A DNA stretch of 63,367 nucleotides, counting the filler, from Sphacelaria rigidula (lineage: Eukaryota), in assembly GCA_964200075.2 (NCBI GenBank). It is 9 parts of 9 records of this genome, joined end to end, with 100 filler letters (N's around TTAATTAATTAA, not from the genome) between each part and the next. Parts side by side here need not be neighbours in the genome. Positions count along the whole stretch, not along the records: positions 56,417 to 63,367 come from CAXNAA020017246.1; 8 more parts are not named here. The stretch is one strand, 5' to 3'. The notes under the pieces were generated by a model. That model was given only the letters and a program-made list of their open reading frames with translations. It was not told where the DNA came from and did not search any database. Positions 62,941-63,367 of the stretch are shown here, piece after piece (position 1 is the stretch's first letter; every line of letters starts with the position of its first letter). The position numbers and the translations under genes were made by a program.

Positions 62941-63367
62941 AGCGCGGACCGAATGATCTTAGCAGGATGCAGCTCACTATATATGCGATTCGCCGAACAC
63001 ATCACGGCGCTTCGCCCTTGATGATTGATTGCGAATCTGGTCCGGCGAGAGCTCGGCGTGTTCCGTCCTGGCTTTGTAGGAATGCGAGGTCAACGGTCAT
63101 GTGACTACGGCATGCAAGATCATGACTATTGCCCCCTTCCCCCCCCCTCGTTTGATGCATTAGACAGTAGGGAGAAAACGATAGCTATACTAGGCGATAG
63201 ATGGTGTTCAGAGACGGCGAAACAGGACGGGGATAAGATATGTAAGAGGAAGAAACGTAATGAGCTACGGAAAGAACGTAATGAGCGCCAGAAGCAATGA
63301 GCTGCGGAAGGAAAGTAATGAGCGCCAGAATGTTGGAGGTGTCTCTATTAGGAGTAGGAACGGTGCT
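62941..63367 (+). mobile_element. Family B copy (62941-63130), C tract, then LINE A 3' region (63150-63367)
   Basis: Both units begin immediately after C-rich tracts; the A copy has local tandem duplications of GTAATGAGC. Confidence 0.75.

Overview
This window is not one locus. It consists of nine unrelated eukaryotic contigs (6953, 6x6952, 2x6951 bp, sorted by descending length) joined by 100-bp N44-TTAATTAATTAA-N44 linkers. The DNA is repeat-rich, with isolated GT-AG exons in long introns. It looks like a stramenopile, most plausibly a brown alga (inference only). Host genes are few: a four-exon DUF4442/PaaI-type hot-dog thioesterase, plus single exons of a TPR protein, a SETD3/Rubisco-LSMT-like protein and a PSMD5-like ARM protein. 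Most of the rest is mobile DNA: (i) two copies of a ~4.1-kb Copia family with gag-protease-integrase but no RT/RNase H and an unusual primer-binding site; (ii) a second, degraded Copia family; (iii) a LINE and a non-coding SINE-like partner that share a 3' end, end in C-rich tracts rather than poly-A and stack head-to-tail in C tracts; (iv) several MITE families (hAT-type with 8-bp TSD, Sola-like with 4-bp TSD, foldback, long-TIR); (v) tRNA-derived SINEs. No prokaryotic operons, CRISPR arrays or rRNA/tRNA genes were seen. All family assignments come from motif recognition by eye, not from database searches.
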